Shown: positions 1 to 13,399, counted from the stretch's first letter. The stretch: 64,000 bases of DNA from Eledone cirrhosa (GCA_964016885.1 OZ024743.1:244528001-244592000), one strand, 5' to 3'. The notes: generated from the letters alone by a model not told the origin. Translations and numbers: made by a program.

Positions 1-160
1 GTAGAACACAAAACGTCGGCACAAATACCTACTAGACATCTCGTCCGATGTTCTAACAATTCCGTTAATCCACCACTCTGGACTTGTACTTCGTTTTATC
101 GACTCCGAAAGGATGAAAGGCTAAGTTGACCTCGGTGGGATTTGAACTCAGAAAGCCAGG
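1..160 (-). mobile_element. tRNA-derived SINE with Meta-domain-like core (partial)
   Basis: Reverse strand reads B-box GAGTTCAAATCCC, then GCCTTTCATCCTTTCGGAGTCGATAAAA; the same module recurs about 10 times in the window. Confidence 0.7.
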
Positions 161-789
161 GTAAGTATTACAGCGCATTTCCGATGCATTAACTTCTCTG
201 TCAATTCATTAGATTAATTATCATATTAATTCTGGGCAAGAAATGCAGAAGAGAGATCAAAATATAAATTAATTAAAATGAATTAAACATTTAATTAGAA
301 GGAAAGCTGCGATATGTATGATATTAATATGCTAAGGTGCCGCAGACTTAGAAAGAAGTTTTGTGTTACTATTGTTGTTATCGTTATACGTTGGCCCTCC
401 GTCGGTGACTACAATGAGTGTTCCAGTTGTTTGTCTTATCAACGGTACATCCTGCTCGTGAAATTAAAGTGCAGATGGCTGAGAATTCCAGATACGTGGG
501 TTACATATTAGCGTGCGGTCTATATGGTCATTTACACTTAACGTGCTGTCAACCTGGTTATTTGTACTTAGCATACTGTCCATCTGGTCGTTTGTACTTA
601 GCGAGAGTTCTACCTCGTCATTTACAGTTCAGTATGCAGTCTACCCCAACTACAAAACTTTATACTGCAGAGTATTAAAAACAAGTTGAATAATATTTTA
701 ATAATATTAATAATAATTTTGAACAATGATTTGTTATTGATGACTTACACTTAATCACCAAAATTATGATCATCAAAAAATCCTAAACA

Positions 790-923
790 GTAGAGCAAAC
801 GGAAGTATTAAGCCCCAGGGGGAATTAATCTCCACCATACTACAAATACATCATATTTATAATGCATTTGTAATGTGGTGGAGCTTAATGCTCTCTGGGG
901 TTTAATACCCCCGTTTGAACTAC
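790..923. mobile_element. MITE-like fold-back element
   Basis: Imperfect inverted arms gtagagcaaacggaagtattaagccccagg... / ...ctggggtttaatacccccgtttgaactac; non-coding. Confidence 0.55.
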
Positions 924-3529
924 ATTAATGGTCATCAGTGTAGTCTATGAATACTGCGGTAAACCGCACGTGAAAGTAGCATTGACACGTGTAACCATAG
1001 CATAGTTCTCAGAGAAATTCAGCATGACACAAAGTGTGGCGAGCCTAGTCATTTGAATTGCAGGTAAAGAAATAAGTATCCGACAAGCTAAATATTCGAC
1101 CGGAACTAGATTTCCGGTAGAAGAGGTCTTCTATTCACTTCTTTCACGTGGCTAATGGCATTTGGAAAGTGATGAATGCCTCATGTTATTTTATCTCACC
1201 CTTTCCTGCCTCCACCTCTTGTCACTCTATCTCACCTTATAAAGCAATGCCTATTTTGCATAAATAAAAAGTGATTATATTATAATAAGTAACTGGACAC
1301 GCCTGCGTCGGGAGTGAATTCAGATGTTTTCAGGTGATTTCAGGTGTGTACAGCAATAAAGCCAGCTGAAGCGAACTTCCAGGTGTGAAACAAAATAAAT
1401 AAATAAATAAATAAATAAAGCTACTGTTAATCTGAGACTGACCATAATTTGAACAGGAACTAGGCTGTAATAAATAAATACAGTGTTTTACCATGAGATC
1501 AAGGGTCGCCCCTTATCAGAAGGACACAGGACGTGCTTGGTTAACTCACGGTTCACCTGAGATAGCGATTTTGATTTCACTTATTTATTTATTCATTTAA
1601 TTATTCTTGTTGTTTAGCCCTAGGACAGTTCATATTAAACGGATCTATGACCAATGGCGTTCAAGCCATCTCTATCCAGTCTTTTCTCTCCAGACATCCA
1701 AGGCTTCATCACCCAATGTGTTCTTTTCTAAAATTGAGAAGGGTTATTATTTTTGTTTAGCCTAAAGTCAGCTCCCATTGAACAGCCATATGATCAAAAG
1801 TTCTCCAGATATGATTACCCTGTCTTTTTGTCCGGACATACACGTCTTCCTTATCCAACGTGTCCTATGTTTTTCTAAGATGGTGAAATGTAATTTACGT
1901 GTGATTCAGCGGCGATTTCTAGCAGATTGAACGGCCATATATATGAGTTAATAGTGCCTTCTCAAGCTGATGGCTGGTAGTTCAGGTTGTGGCGAGGGTA
2001 TGAAATATTGAGGTTATAGAGTTCGTTGTAGTAAAGGTAAAGTTGGTGCTGGACGAGACGGTAATGAATGTTGGAGTGGCGGTCACTTTGATGACTATGT
2101 TGGTGTTCACAGTGATAGTTTTGGCATGATGGTGGTTGCGGTGATAGTGATGGGGATGGGGATTGTAGTGGTGGTAGTAGTTATGTGTTAGGATTAAAAG
2201 GCGGTAGCAGTTGTAGTTATTTACTATTTCATATAAGACAAATGAGTTTTAATAGATTCAGAGAGAGAGAGAAGAAGAAAGAAAGAAAGAAAGAAAGAAA
2301 GACAAGGTGAACGAAAGCGAGAAATAGAGTAGAGATAGCATCATATACGTTCGAGTTTCAGCTATGTATGTATGTATGTATGTAAAATAAAAAAAAAACC
2401 TGTCAAAGGGCAAAGGAGCTCTTAAGAGTCAATGGCCATCCAAAATCACCGGGAGAGATGACCCCTTAGCCTTTGTCAAGGCAGAATTCTAGGAGAAGGA
2501 AACTCTGATATAACACCTGCAACTCTGATGGTATCCAATGATGTTGACTTGTTCTTCTTTTTGGTAAATATCATCTTGGTTAAGAGAGTGGGACTGGCTT
2601 TGTGCAGTGCCTTTGCTCACTATAAAAGCTTCACGACACAGGCATTGGTTTATATCTGGAGATCTCTCTGCACTTGTCATCACAGGATACCATGGGCCCA
2701 GCACTATGTGTCAATAATTGTCACAAGTGTAGTGTTTGTACCAGAGTTTTCAAGTCGCTGGCTGGACTAAAAAGTCACACTCGTTCAGCGCATCAGTAGG
2801 GGTTCTCCTACATGGATATAAAGTAGTGGCCGTACTCGAAAACGAGTTGGCAGCCACCATGTATGTATGTATGTATGTATGCATGTATGTATGTGTTTGT
2901 GTGCGTGTGTGTAGTAATAATCAATTGTTTTACGATCGTTTCAGTGAACAAATATCAATGTGCAAGCTAATCGATGTAAATTCAGTATAGTTGAAATGAA
3001 CAATAAACATGGATTGCTAAGGAAGCTTTTGGGGGCTGAAAGGAAAAAACCGGTAGCATGATTAATGGTTGGATAAAAAGGTTGGATTGGGCAGGTTTTG
3101 AAGCATCAATAATTCTTAGTAATCCTGAGGTTAAACGGCATTTAATCATCGGGCCAACGGATAAAGCAGCGGGGCGATATCATTTGATGTTTTGGGCTAG
3201 GGAGTTGGGATGTGGTTATGATTATAGCATTAGTAGTGATGATATCGAAGGACACTGATTAATTCGTTAAGAGTCTTATGCTGGAACTGGAGGATTTGAG
3301 TAGTTCTAGGGTGGAAGAGGAGAATTGTGGTTTGATGTCACTTAATTTGTTTGGGTTTATCGGTTCGTTAAGCGGAATAGGGTTAGGATTAGGTTAATGG
3401 ATGATTGCTGGGTTTCGGTTTGGTCGCTTCTGATTCTGGTGTGGTATATTTTAGTGTGTAGCTCTATATCGGTTCAGATTCGTTGGGGTGTGAATTTTCG
3501 TAGATGATGGTTTAGCTAGGCTAGTAAAT

Positions 3530-3682
3530 AGGTAGCTAGGTAGGTATCTAGCTAGGTAGATAGGTATCTAGCTAGGTAGAGAGGTATCTAGCTAGGTAGA
3601 TAGGTATCTAGCTAGGTAGAGAGGTATCTAGCTAGGTAGATAGGTATCTAGCTAGGTAGAGAGGTATCTAGCTGAGTAGATA
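3530..3682. repeat. TAGR-based minisatellite (about 20-bp unit aggtagataggtatctagct)
   Basis: Tandem units visible; the same repeat type resumes at 9118-9410 beyond the Tx1 insertions. Confidence 0.9.
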
Positions 3683-6600
3683 TATTTCTTTATTTGCCAC
3701 AAGGGCGCACAAGAAAAGGGGACAATACAAAGACACATGCCGGGGATTTTACATACAGTCGTGTAAAAATATTGTAACAAACAATTATAACAATCGAAAT
3801 CCCCAATAGGGGGGAAGCGCCACAAATGCGTTGTTTAATACCCCGTCGATAGAACAACCCTCAACTTCAGGAGCGTGTTGTGCAAGTGCTCCCTTCTTAT
3901 TTTTGCTCTCTTCTTTAGCCTACAGGCTTATAAACAGAGAAGGCCCAATCACTCGGGCCATTTTCGCTTCATTCACCCACCTTTCAGTAAATTTACTGGG
4001 GTGCAGTGCCTCACTCTCCACTCTGATTCTCCTTCTCAAGTGAAACTTAAAGAAGGGAATCAATTGTTGTCCTCAGTCCTCTCAATCTCATCCACCATAT
4101 GACCTCTTTCACCATAGCCACTGTACAGAGGAAAAACCACCTCTCTTTCGTTTTTGAAAGAGGCTGGCGGTTTGATCCTTACTATGGACTCGGCAGTCAA
4201 CTGGATTTGTCCCATACGCGACAGCAGTTGTTCTGCATAGTTCCACAGGTCGCTTACGCCCGGGCAGTGTACAATTGCGTGCAAGACGGTTTCAATGTCC
4301 TGCTCGCATCTTGGACACGTCCTCTTGGAAGGATCCCTGCCGGGGCGTCCGTGCCTGTAGATCTTATCTCGAACGGGTAGAGCTCCTCGGTAGCACTGCC
4401 AGGCCAGGGATCTCTGGAAGTTGTCCATAGGTCCCGGGCGGAAAGTCCTACCGAACAGACTGGTGAGCTCGTCGTCTTCGACGCTTAGAGTCTCCCCGAG
4501 CACGTCGTCGCAGTTGTAAAGTACTAACCCTCTATAGAATGTCGAAGTGGAGTCTTCACTGATTGCTGTGCCCGCTTGACAGAGGATTGTGAGCGCCTGG
4601 GCGCATTCAATGTGCCAGGCGCCCATCGTTTTCGGTCTTCGCTTCACCCAGGACTGCAGCTCCGTCAGCGAGACACGTCGTGGGAAGGCCTGTCTCACAA
4701 ACGGTGCCCACACCGGTGAGGAATACCTGGAGATGCCGCAGCCTCAGCGCATGTTTGCGCATCATTAGCCACGGCATGCCCAGCCCTCCGTTGGAAGGGT
4801 GTTGACAGCAGACGGATCTCCTCACCAGTGAGCCTTCTTCTTCCACAGGAACTGGAAGAGCATGCGTTCCATCTTGGTGAGGTATTCACGGGGACAAGGC
4901 ACGACAGTCAAGCGGTAGTAGATGACGGACGCTATGAAAGTGTTCGCCACCTCCACTCTACCATTCAAAGACAGTTTGCACTCTGCCCACTTCTGGGTGA
5001 GCGCAAATACCTTGGCCATGACCTCGTTCCAGTTTTATTCTCCACCTGGAGGTATGGACTGAACCAGACCCCGAGCAATTTCACCGGTCCTTCCGTCCAG
5101 CGTCCGACGACGCTGTCGGACGGCATCAGTTTGCCTCTCCACGTTCCGAGTTGCAAACCGACAGACTTGTCCGGGTTTAGTTTTGCTCCTGTCAACATTT
5201 CGTATTCCTGTAATATGTTGCCGATTACCTTGATTTCCGAGGTTTTCGACACCATTACCGTCACGCCGTCGGCATAAGCCGACGCCGCTTTTCGCAGTCC
5301 CGGTTCTAAAGGGATGCCCTGCAAAAGCTCCAGCTTCCGCAGTAGTGGCTCTAGAGTCAATACGTACAGAATGGAGGAGAGAGGGCACCCCTGTTGAATG
5401 GAACGCGTGATTGCGAACGGCTCCGATAAGTAGCCGTTCACCTTGACCCTCGAGCAGATGCTGGTGTGCATCGCCTTGATCCAGCCTCTGAAAACGTGAC
5501 CGAAACCAGCCGCTTTGAGAACCGCTTCCAAGTATCGATGGTCGACCCTATCGAATGCCTTTGACTGATCTAAATTGATCAGAGCCCCATCGAAGCCGGG
5601 TTTACTACCCACCCTCTCTATGATGTATTGCATTAGGTGGAGGTAGTCGTGTATGGACCTGGTCGGGATTGCACATGTTTGCCCTTTCCCTACCAGGTTT
5701 TCGACGACAAGCGCCAGCCTCGTTGCTTGCACCTTGGCCAAAATCTTTAACTCTGTGTTGAGCAGAGTTATGGGCCTGAAATTGTTTATTTCGTCCCCCT
5801 TCTTCTCGTCTTTCCTGATCAGCGTTACTACGTCCTTTCCTGGAGAACTGGGAATTGACCCGTTCTGCCAATTGCAGTAGACGGCTTCGAGGGCGCCAGA
5901 GTACAAGTCCGGCATGCCTATGTAAAACTCATAGGGTAGACCATCTAGACCGGGTGATTTGCGTTTCCCGCAGCGGCCCTGAGCGTCCCGTATCTCAGTG
6001 GCTGTGATCGGTCTTTTGCAGAACTCGGCGTCCATGCTCGAGAGACGCGGCAGGCCGTCGAGGTATGAACCAAAGTCCATTGCCCCGTTCAGGGACCCGT
6101 CTTTCTGCTCAAACAGTCGCGCAAAGTGCCGCTGAAAGGCCACGCACATCTGCCTGGTGTCAAGTAGCACGCGTCCGTTTTGGTCTTTCAAAGACCGAAT
6201 CGTGGACTTGTTGCCACTTTTCGCTTTCGCCACTCGGGCCCAGCTAACAGCTTTTGCTCCCTCGTTTCCTAGAGCACGTCATTTACTTCTGACCACGCAA
6301 CCTTCGTGTTTCGCGTCGAAGAACTGGTCCAGTGCCGTTCTCGATGCTAGCACTCTAGCTGCGTTGCCACTCCTAAGCGCCTCTTCTACCTTGGCTACTA
6401 GTTCTGTTTCTGATTTGTTTTTCTCTAAAGCTAATTCTCTGCTAAACCCTATCGATTCTACTCTAATTTCTCTCTCGAGAGAGTACCACCATCTATTGTT
6501 GACGATGGCTCCCGTCAACTCTTGCTTAACTAATCTACTTATCCGTTCACTGTAGGCTTTTCGTGCCGGCAACGACACGTTCAGCTTCCAGTATCCGGGT

Positions 6601-7376
6601 CCTTGTCTATGTATTCTATCACGATTGACTATGCAGACGACTAGTTTGTGAACTGAATAGGCAACCATGAGCATTTGTGGACAGCTTAACATCTTCTTGT
6701 CCTTCTCTCTAATGAAAAACCTATCTAAATACGATCTAGATGTCCCGCTGCGGTTTGCCCACGTCCGCTGTGGTGCAGTCGGGAAATCTAGTCGATATCT
6801 ATCGGCCAGTTGGAATTGACCGATTAGATTTTTGAGGCTGTTGCACTCTCCTCTACTGGGACAGGCTCCCACATAGTCCCATCGTGCATCTAGGATACCA
6901 TTCTAAAAGCAAGGCGCGAGACGTTCCCAGAAAAGACTCTAGACGCTTAAAGAAGTCTGGCCGCGATTGTGATTGCCCGGTCGGGGCTCCACCTCCAATA
7001 CTGTTCACGTCTAGGACTACCAGTCTACCCTCTGCGTCCAAGTGTACTTGCTGTACTTCGAGATCCAGGTTTTTGCGAAACATGACAGTCACTCCCCTCC
7101 ACCTCCCGGCTGACAGAGAGATGCGTAGATCTCAAAGTCATTGAAGATGGGGGTTAGTTGCTCCCTGTTGTAGATCCTGGACTCGGTGATGGCTATTGCA
7201 TATATACCGTGTGACCTAAGGTCGTTTAAAAGTTGGCCCTGTTTCCAGGACATCCCTAGGCCACGCACATTCACGCTTCCAACACGTAAGTCAGCCATGT
7301 TGGTGGAGAAGAGTTGGCGAAAAAGACGAAAAGGTGCACTTACCTTTTCGTTTCCTGGAGATCGGGTTGTTCAATT
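3683..7376 (-). mobile_element. Tx1/L1-clade non-LTR retrotransposon, copy A (5'-truncated, decayed)
   Basis: APE-RT-Cys/His ORF2 remnants; 3' end AATAAAGAAA running into the repeat; 16-bp flanking duplication tctagct(g/a)agtagata at 3667-3682 and 7377-7392. Confidence 0.9.
3920..7298 (-). pseudogene. Frameshifted ORF2 (AP endonuclease, reverse transcriptase, C-terminal Zn knuckle) of Tx1 copy A
   Basis: APE start MADLRVGSVNVRGL, SYLDRFF, GPGYWKLN, KSPGLDGLP, FRPITLLN, LDQSKAFDRV, QGCPLS, YADG (YADD in copy B), CPRCEQDIETVLHAIVHC; split across frames. Confidence 0.9.
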
Positions 7377-7393
7377 TCTAGCTAAGTAGATAG

Positions 7394-9117
7394 ATTTCTT
7401 TATTAGCCACAAGGGCGCAACAAGAAAGGGGACAATACAAAGACATGCCGGGGATTTTACATACAGTCGTGTAAAAAATATAAAAACAAACAATTTCAAC
7501 AATCGAAATCCCCAATAGGGGGGAGGCGCCACAAATGGGTTGTTTAATACCCCGTCGATAGAACAACCCTCAACTCAAGGAGCGTGTTGTGCAAGTGCTC
7601 CTTTCTTCCTTTTGCTCTCTTCCTCAACCTACAGGCTTATAAACAGAGAAGGCCCAATCACTCGGGCCATTTTCGCTTCATTCACCCACCTTTCAGTAAA
7701 TTTACTGGGGTGCAGTGCCTCTCTCTCCACCCTGATTCTCCTTCTAAAGTGATACTTAAAGAATGGAATCAATTGTTGTCCGGAGAGAAAGGCATCTGTC
7801 CTCAGTCCTCTCAACCTCGTCCACCATATAACTTCTTTCACCATAGCCACCGTACAGAGGAAAACCGCCTCTCTTTCGTTTTTGAAAGAGTCTGGCGGTT
7901 TGATCCTTACTATGGACTCGGCAGTCAACTGTATTTGTCCCATACGCGACAGCAGTTGTTCTGCATAGTTCCACAGGTCGCTTACGCCCGGGCAGTGTAC
8001 AATTGCGTGCAGAACTGTTTCAATGTCCTGCGCACATCTTGGACACGTCCTCTTGGAAGGATCCCTGCCAGGGCGTCCGTGCCTGTAGATCTTGTCACGA
8101 ACCGGTAGAGCTCCTCGGTAGCACTGCCAGGCCAGGGACCTCTGGAAGTTGTCCATAGGTCCCGGGCGGAAAGTCCTACCAAACATACTGGTGAGCTCAT
8201 CGTCTTCGACGCCCAGAGTCTCTCCGAGCACGTCGTCGCCCTTGTAACGTACAATCCCTCTATAGAATGTCGAAGAGGAGTCTCCACTGATTGCTGCGCC
8301 CGCTTGCCAGAGGACTGTGAGCGCCTGAGCGCATTCAATGTGCCAGGCGCCCATCGTTTTCGGTCTTTTCTTCACCCAGGACTGCAGCTCCGTTAGCGAG
8401 ACGAGCTGTGGGAAAGCCTGTCTCACAAACGGTGCCCACACCGGTTGGGGGTCGGTGAGGAATACCTGGAGATGCCGCAGCCTCAGCGCATGTTTGCGCA
8501 TCATCAGCCACGGCATTCCCAGCCCTCTGTTGGAAGGGTGCTGACAGCAGACGGATCTCCTCACCAGCGGAGCCTGCTGCTTCCACAGAAACTGGAAGAG
8601 CATGCGTTCCATCTTGGCGAGGTGTTCACGGGGACAAGGCACGACAGTCAAGCGGTAGTAGATGACGGACGCTATGAAAGTGTTCGCCACCTCCGCTCGA
8701 CCTTTCAAGGACAGTTTGCACTCTGCCCACTTCTGAGTGAGTGCAAACACCTTGGCCGTGACCTCGTTCCAGTTCTTCTCCACCTGGAGGTCTGGACCGA
8801 ACCAGACCCCGAGCAATTTCACCGGTCCGTCCGTCCAGCGTACAACGACGCTGTCGGATGTCATCGGTTTGCCTCTCCACGTACCGAGTTGCAAACCGAC
8901 AGACTTGTCTGGGTTTAGTTTTGCTCCCGTCAGCGTTTCGTATTCTTTCAGTATGTTGCCGATCACCCCGATTTCCGAGGTGCTCGACACCATTACTGTA
9001 ACGTCGTCGGCATAAGCCGACGCCGCTTTGCGCAGTCCCGGTTCTAGGGGGGTGCCCTGCAACAGCTCCAATTTCCGCAGTAGTGGCTCTAGAGTCAATA
9101 CATACAGAATGGAGGAG
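7394..9117 (-). mobile_element. Tx1/L1-clade retrotransposon, copy B (5'-truncated)
   Basis: Highly similar to the 3' 1.7 kb of copy A; flanked by 10-bp duplication aagtagatag (7384-7393, 9118-9127). Confidence 0.9.
7629..9098 (-). CDS. Open C-terminal half of Tx1 ORF2 (RT YADD, thumb, Zn knuckle); no true start codon
   Basis: 489-aa open frame with AYADDV, LLGVWF, RGLGMP, CPRCAQDIETVLHAIVHC. Confidence 0.85.
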   Translation of the reverse strand: MTLEPLLRKLELLQGTPLEPGLRKAASAYADDVTVMVSSTSEIGVIGNILKEYETLTGAKLNPDKSVGLQLGTWRGKPMTSDSVVVRWTDGPVKLLGVWFGPDLQVEKNWNEVTAKVFALTQKWAECKLSLKGRAEVANTFIASVIYYRLTVVPCPREHLAKMERMLFQFLWKQQAPLVRRSVCCQHPSNRGLGMPWLMMRKHALRLRHLQVFLTDPQPVWAPFVRQAFPQLVSLTELQSWVKKRPKTMGAWHIECAQALTVLWQAGAAISGDSSSTFYRGIVRYKGDDVLGETLGVEDDELTSMFGRTFRPGPMDNFQRSLAWQCYRGALPVRDKIYRHGRPGRDPSKRTCPRCAQDIETVLHAIVHCPGVSDLWNYAEQLLSRMGQIQLTAESIVRIKPPDSFKNEREAVFLCTVAMVKEVIWWTRLRGLRTDAFLSGQQLIPFFKYHFRRRIRVEREALHPSKFTERWVNEAKMARVIGPSLFISL

Positions 9118-9410
9118 AAGTAGATAGGTAGCTAGCTAGGTAGATAGGTACTTAGGTAGATAGATAGGTAGCTAGCTAGGTAGATAGGTACTTAGGTAGA
9201 TAGATAGGTAGATAGGTACTTAGGTAGATAGATAGGTAGCTAGGTAGATAGGTACTTAGGTAGCTAGGTAGGTAGCTAGGTAGCTAGGGAGGTAGATATG
9301 TAGCTAGGTATGTAGATAGGTGCCTAGCTAGGTAGGTACCAAGCTAGGTAGATAGTTACTTAGCTAGAAAGATAGGTAGCTAGCTAGGTAGATAGGTACC
9401 TAGCTATGTA
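9118..9410. repeat. TAGR (TAGA/TAGG/TAGC) simple repeat
   Basis: Seen directly. Confidence 0.9.
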
Positions 9411-9687
9411 GGTTCGTTAGAAGGATAGAGAGAGGGGGTAGTTTTAAGGAAAGAAGTATTACACTAGTTGTTTGGTGCAGATCATTGGTTGGGGGCCATA
9501 AAAACAAAACTCCCCTTATGTTTTCATTCTTTTTACCAGCTCTAGAAGATAAAGGTGTCCACACCCAGTTGAACGTGGTCAGCTATTATCGTCTGCTTGT
9601 AAAATACTGTTACTGTACAGTCTTTTATCAATCTTATATTCATTGTGTCTTAGTCTGGTCATTTCGTATTCTATTTTACGGCATGTA

Positions 9688-9754
<67 letters not shown>

Positions 9755-10379
9755 ATGTTTGTAGATGCATGAATTTATGTGTGTGTGCGTGTGTACGTGT
9801 GTGTATGAGTGTAAATATGTTTGTAGATCCATGAATGTATGTGTGTGTTTATGCGCTTTTATCCATGTAAATGTGTGTATGTATTTGTTTGTGCATCTGA
9901 ATGTGTGTATTTATGTTCTTGTATGTGTAGGTTTGTTTGTATGTGCATGAATATATATGTATGTGTATATGTTTATCTATGTTTGTGTGCATGTGTAAGT
10001 GTGTATCGGTGTGATGTGTGTATTCATGGTTATGTACATGTGTGTCAGTGTAGTATGTATTTATGTTTGTGTATACGTGTCTTAGTGGGAGTGTTATTTA
10101 TGCTTGTGTATATGGGTATATAGGTCTGTTTGTACGTACGTGAACTTACGTGTGTGTGTATTTGTATTCGTGCTTTTTTTTAAATAAGTGTTTATCAGTG
10201 TAGGTGTGTATTTATGATCTTGTATATGTGTAAGTGTATATGTTTGTGGGTACATTCTTCTCGTATTTCCTGACCCAGCCCCATTGAGTCTCATTAAAAA
10301 GGTTCACAGCTAGTCCTTTTTTCATTTCCTTTTAGCTACCGTCTTTTCCTAAATATGTAAAGCTGCGGTACTTTCTATA

Positions 10380-10650
10380 CAAGTGGTTAGCTATATAAAA
10401 CGTTTAGCGACCATATTTTCCTATATAGGTATTTTAGTTAACATATCTTCCTATATAGGTAGTTTAGCTCCCATATATTCCTATATAGGTATTTAGGTAG
10501 TTTAGCTACCATATTTTCCTATATAGGTATTTTAGCTATCATATCTTCCTATATAGGTATTTTAGCTACCATATTTTCCTATATAAGTAGTTTAGCCACC
10601 ACATCTTCCTATATAAAAAGTTTAGCTCCCATATTTTCCTATATAGGCAA
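10380..10650. repeat. About 30-bp minisatellite (ttagctaccatattttcctatataggtatt)
   Basis: About 8 degenerate tandem units. Confidence 0.85.
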
Positions 10651-10844
10651 TTCGCTTCAATATATAAGTTGAGCTGCGGCATTTTCTTTAAAAAAAAAAA
10701 GAAAAGAAAAACTTCTCAATTTCTTTCTGATAGTGTATTTCCTTAAAGAAAAGAAGCATTTCTGATCACAGGATAATTCTAATTGTTAATTTATATATTT
10801 TTGATTGGTTTCATTAAAGACAAAAACTTAAATATACATACACA

Positions 10845-11092
10845 CTTGGTTAGAATGTCTCAGGAAAGAATCACTGGACAGCTTTTACGGGCGAATCCAA
10901 GCGGTAGGAAACCCAGGGGGAGAGCCCGAGCAAAATGATTGGATAACATCTATGAGGTTCGCTGGTCTCGCTTGGGATCCAGCCCGATCAGTTGGAGGCG
11001 GTTGCTTCTGACAGGACTCGACCCGCTGGAAGGAGTGTTTAAGGACTCTGTCCCAACGACCCTCAAAGGAATAAGTGAGTGAAGAAGAAGAT
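10845..11092 (+). mobile_element. RTE-clade LINE 3' fragment
   Basis: VRMSQERITGQLLRANPSGRKPRGRARAK*LDNI is a typical RTE C-terminus; ends in a (GAA)n tail. Confidence 0.7.
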
Positions 11093-11360
11093 ACCTTCTT
11101 ATATTGTGGCTGATTTGGGCTTTGCCTGATTAACAAGTCTGAAGAGCAGATAGGGCTGGTGTCGGGTCTATAGCATTTATATGCATACCAAGCCACCCAT
11201 CTGTGAAATGGTTGTAACTATGTATAATCAATAAAGACCTTAATGTGAAACCTCATTTTGTTTTCAATATATTCACTCTACCTTAGCATAGAGTGCTAAT
11301 TTTGGTACTCCACCTTCCTCAGTAAACTACGAATCTACTGAACCACCTATCATCATCATG

Positions 11361-11486
<126 letters not shown>

Positions 11487-11518
11487 TACTGCAGGTAGCA
11501 CATGGATAAATAACTTAA

Positions 11519-11713
11519 CCCTTTTAATATTAAACCTCCTGGAACAGCCCCGGCTTTTATGATGCAAATTTATTTATTTTAATGTTTTTATATTTATCTA
11601 AAAAAAAAACCTCCTTTGTTAATTTATGCTCCAAATACCAGATAGTTATATTACTAATCTCACCAAATTCTTGATTATTTTCAAAATGATTTTAACATAT
11701 GGCCATGAAAGGG
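11519..11713. mobile_element. piggyBac-type non-autonomous MITE
   Basis: TTAA|CCCTTT ... AAAGGG|TTAA termini (TTAA at 11515-11518 and 11714-11717). Confidence 0.7.
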
Positions 11714-12104
11714 TTAATACATATAAAAAGGAAATTAGCGTTTGAAAAGTTGATTTGATGGTGTAAGACAAGTTAATGGCTCTTTGATTGGCAGGGAGTT
11801 AGAGTTCATGGCAGGTCAAAATTAAATGTTCTTGCTGGCTACACAAGACCAGTCAAGCGTGTCACCTTTAACACGGTCTCAGTTTACACAATTTTGTCCT
11901 TTTTTTTAACTACATTGAAACAAATAAAATATATATATATATACAGAAAGAGAGAGGGGGGAAGAAAAAGAGAGACGGTGTCCGCTAGTCAGACAGTCAG
12001 ACGGCCAGACGGCCAGACGGCTAGTCAGCTAGACAGTCAGATAGCCAGACAGTCAAACTATCAGTCAACCAGACAGCCAGATTGACCGACAGTTTGTACC
12101 TGTT

Positions 12105-12412
12105 GGATCTCCGTCGGTTCCCACAACGAGTGTTCTAGTTGTTCAAACAATGGAACAGCCTGTTCATGAAATTAACGCGCAAGTGGCTGAGTATTCCACA
12201 GACATGTGTCCCCTTAATGTAGTTCTCGTGGGATATCAGCTAGAAACTGTTTGACATGGCTGAATTGGATATACAATTCATTTGTACCAGCTGAGTGGAC
12301 TGGAACAATGTGAAATAAAGTGTCTTGCCCAACATACCACATAGTCAGGGAATCGCACTCTCGACTGTACAGCCGTGAAACAAACACCCTAACCACTAAG
12401 CCAAGTGCTTTC
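12105..12412 (-). mobile_element. tRNA-derived CORE-type SINE
   Basis: Reverse strand has TGGCTTAGTGGTTAGGG A-box, GCGATTCCC B-box-like and GGGCAAGACACTT core; siblings at 16150-16460 and 20270-20545, fragments at 394-510 and 18995-19170. Confidence 0.75.
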
Positions 12413-12528
12413 ATTGAGACAACCTGACAGCCAGACCCTGTTTCTCTTGTGAAGGTGTATGTAACTTGCATTCATTTTATGTGGACATGTCTCTCTTGTA
12501 GGGTGTTTGTGTATATATCTGATTACTC

Positions 12529-12622
<94 letters not shown>

Positions 12623-13007
12623 GCATTCATTTGTGTACATGTATTCATTCCAGGAAACTCAAATGAAATGTTTTTATTTTTTTAATTTTCTCTGATTGGA
12701 TTTAGAGAATGAGAATCAATTCACTTCGTGTATTCTTGTGGACATTCTTGAGAAGCTGCTGATGATGTGGCTGATACCGTCCACATTGGTATCGCCCACT
12801 CAACATTTTCTATCACGACGCAGTGGAGACGTCCTTATCTCTCTTATTTATCAAGTATTAGTAGCTATCTCCAGATGCTGGAGCTGAATAGCGAAGCCGT
12901 ATCATAGGTGGGATGTAATGTACCTAACACAGGTTGAGGAGAGGCTACTCTTTCTGTCAATATTGTTGGTATCTTCTTACTTGCAGGATAAGAGCCCATG
13001 CATTGGT

Positions 13008-13190
13008 TTGGCAGTATCGGTAGAGGGTCGGACGCCATGCTTTGCAGCATAGAGTTACGGCCCTTTGCGGTCTGAGTTCAAATCCCGCCGAGGTTAACTT
13101 TACCTTTCATCCTTACGGGGTCGACAAAATAAAGTACCAGTAATGCACTGATATAATTGCTAGTCTTGTGCCAAAAATAGAAACAATTAT
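13008..13190 (+). mobile_element. Meta-domain-like SINE
   Basis: TGGCAG..TCGGTAGA A-box, GAGTTCAAATCCC B-box, CCTTTCATCCTTACGGGGTCGA core. Confidence 0.75.
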
Positions 13191-13399
13191 TTTACGCTGG
13201 TATCTTCTTCTCATCGAGTCGCTACACCACACCCGTCCAGTGTTGCGCACAGAGCCTTGCCTGGGGTGTTAAGGTTTCAAGGTCGTTAAGTGTGCATGAA
13301 TCAAGATTGGGGAAAACTAGGTGCTCCATAGTTTGTAATTGCCCGCATTGGCAGTTGGAATCATCGTCAGTATGATGAGTGCTTCTCTTTCAAGTTTCT

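Noticed and set aside
2400-3520. Possible host exons or retroelement remnants
   Set aside because: Only short ORFs with no recognisable motif; cannot be assigned from sequence alone.
3530-10650. CRISPR-like arrays
   Set aside because: Repeats are contiguous with no unique spacers and no cas genes; the context is eukaryotic.
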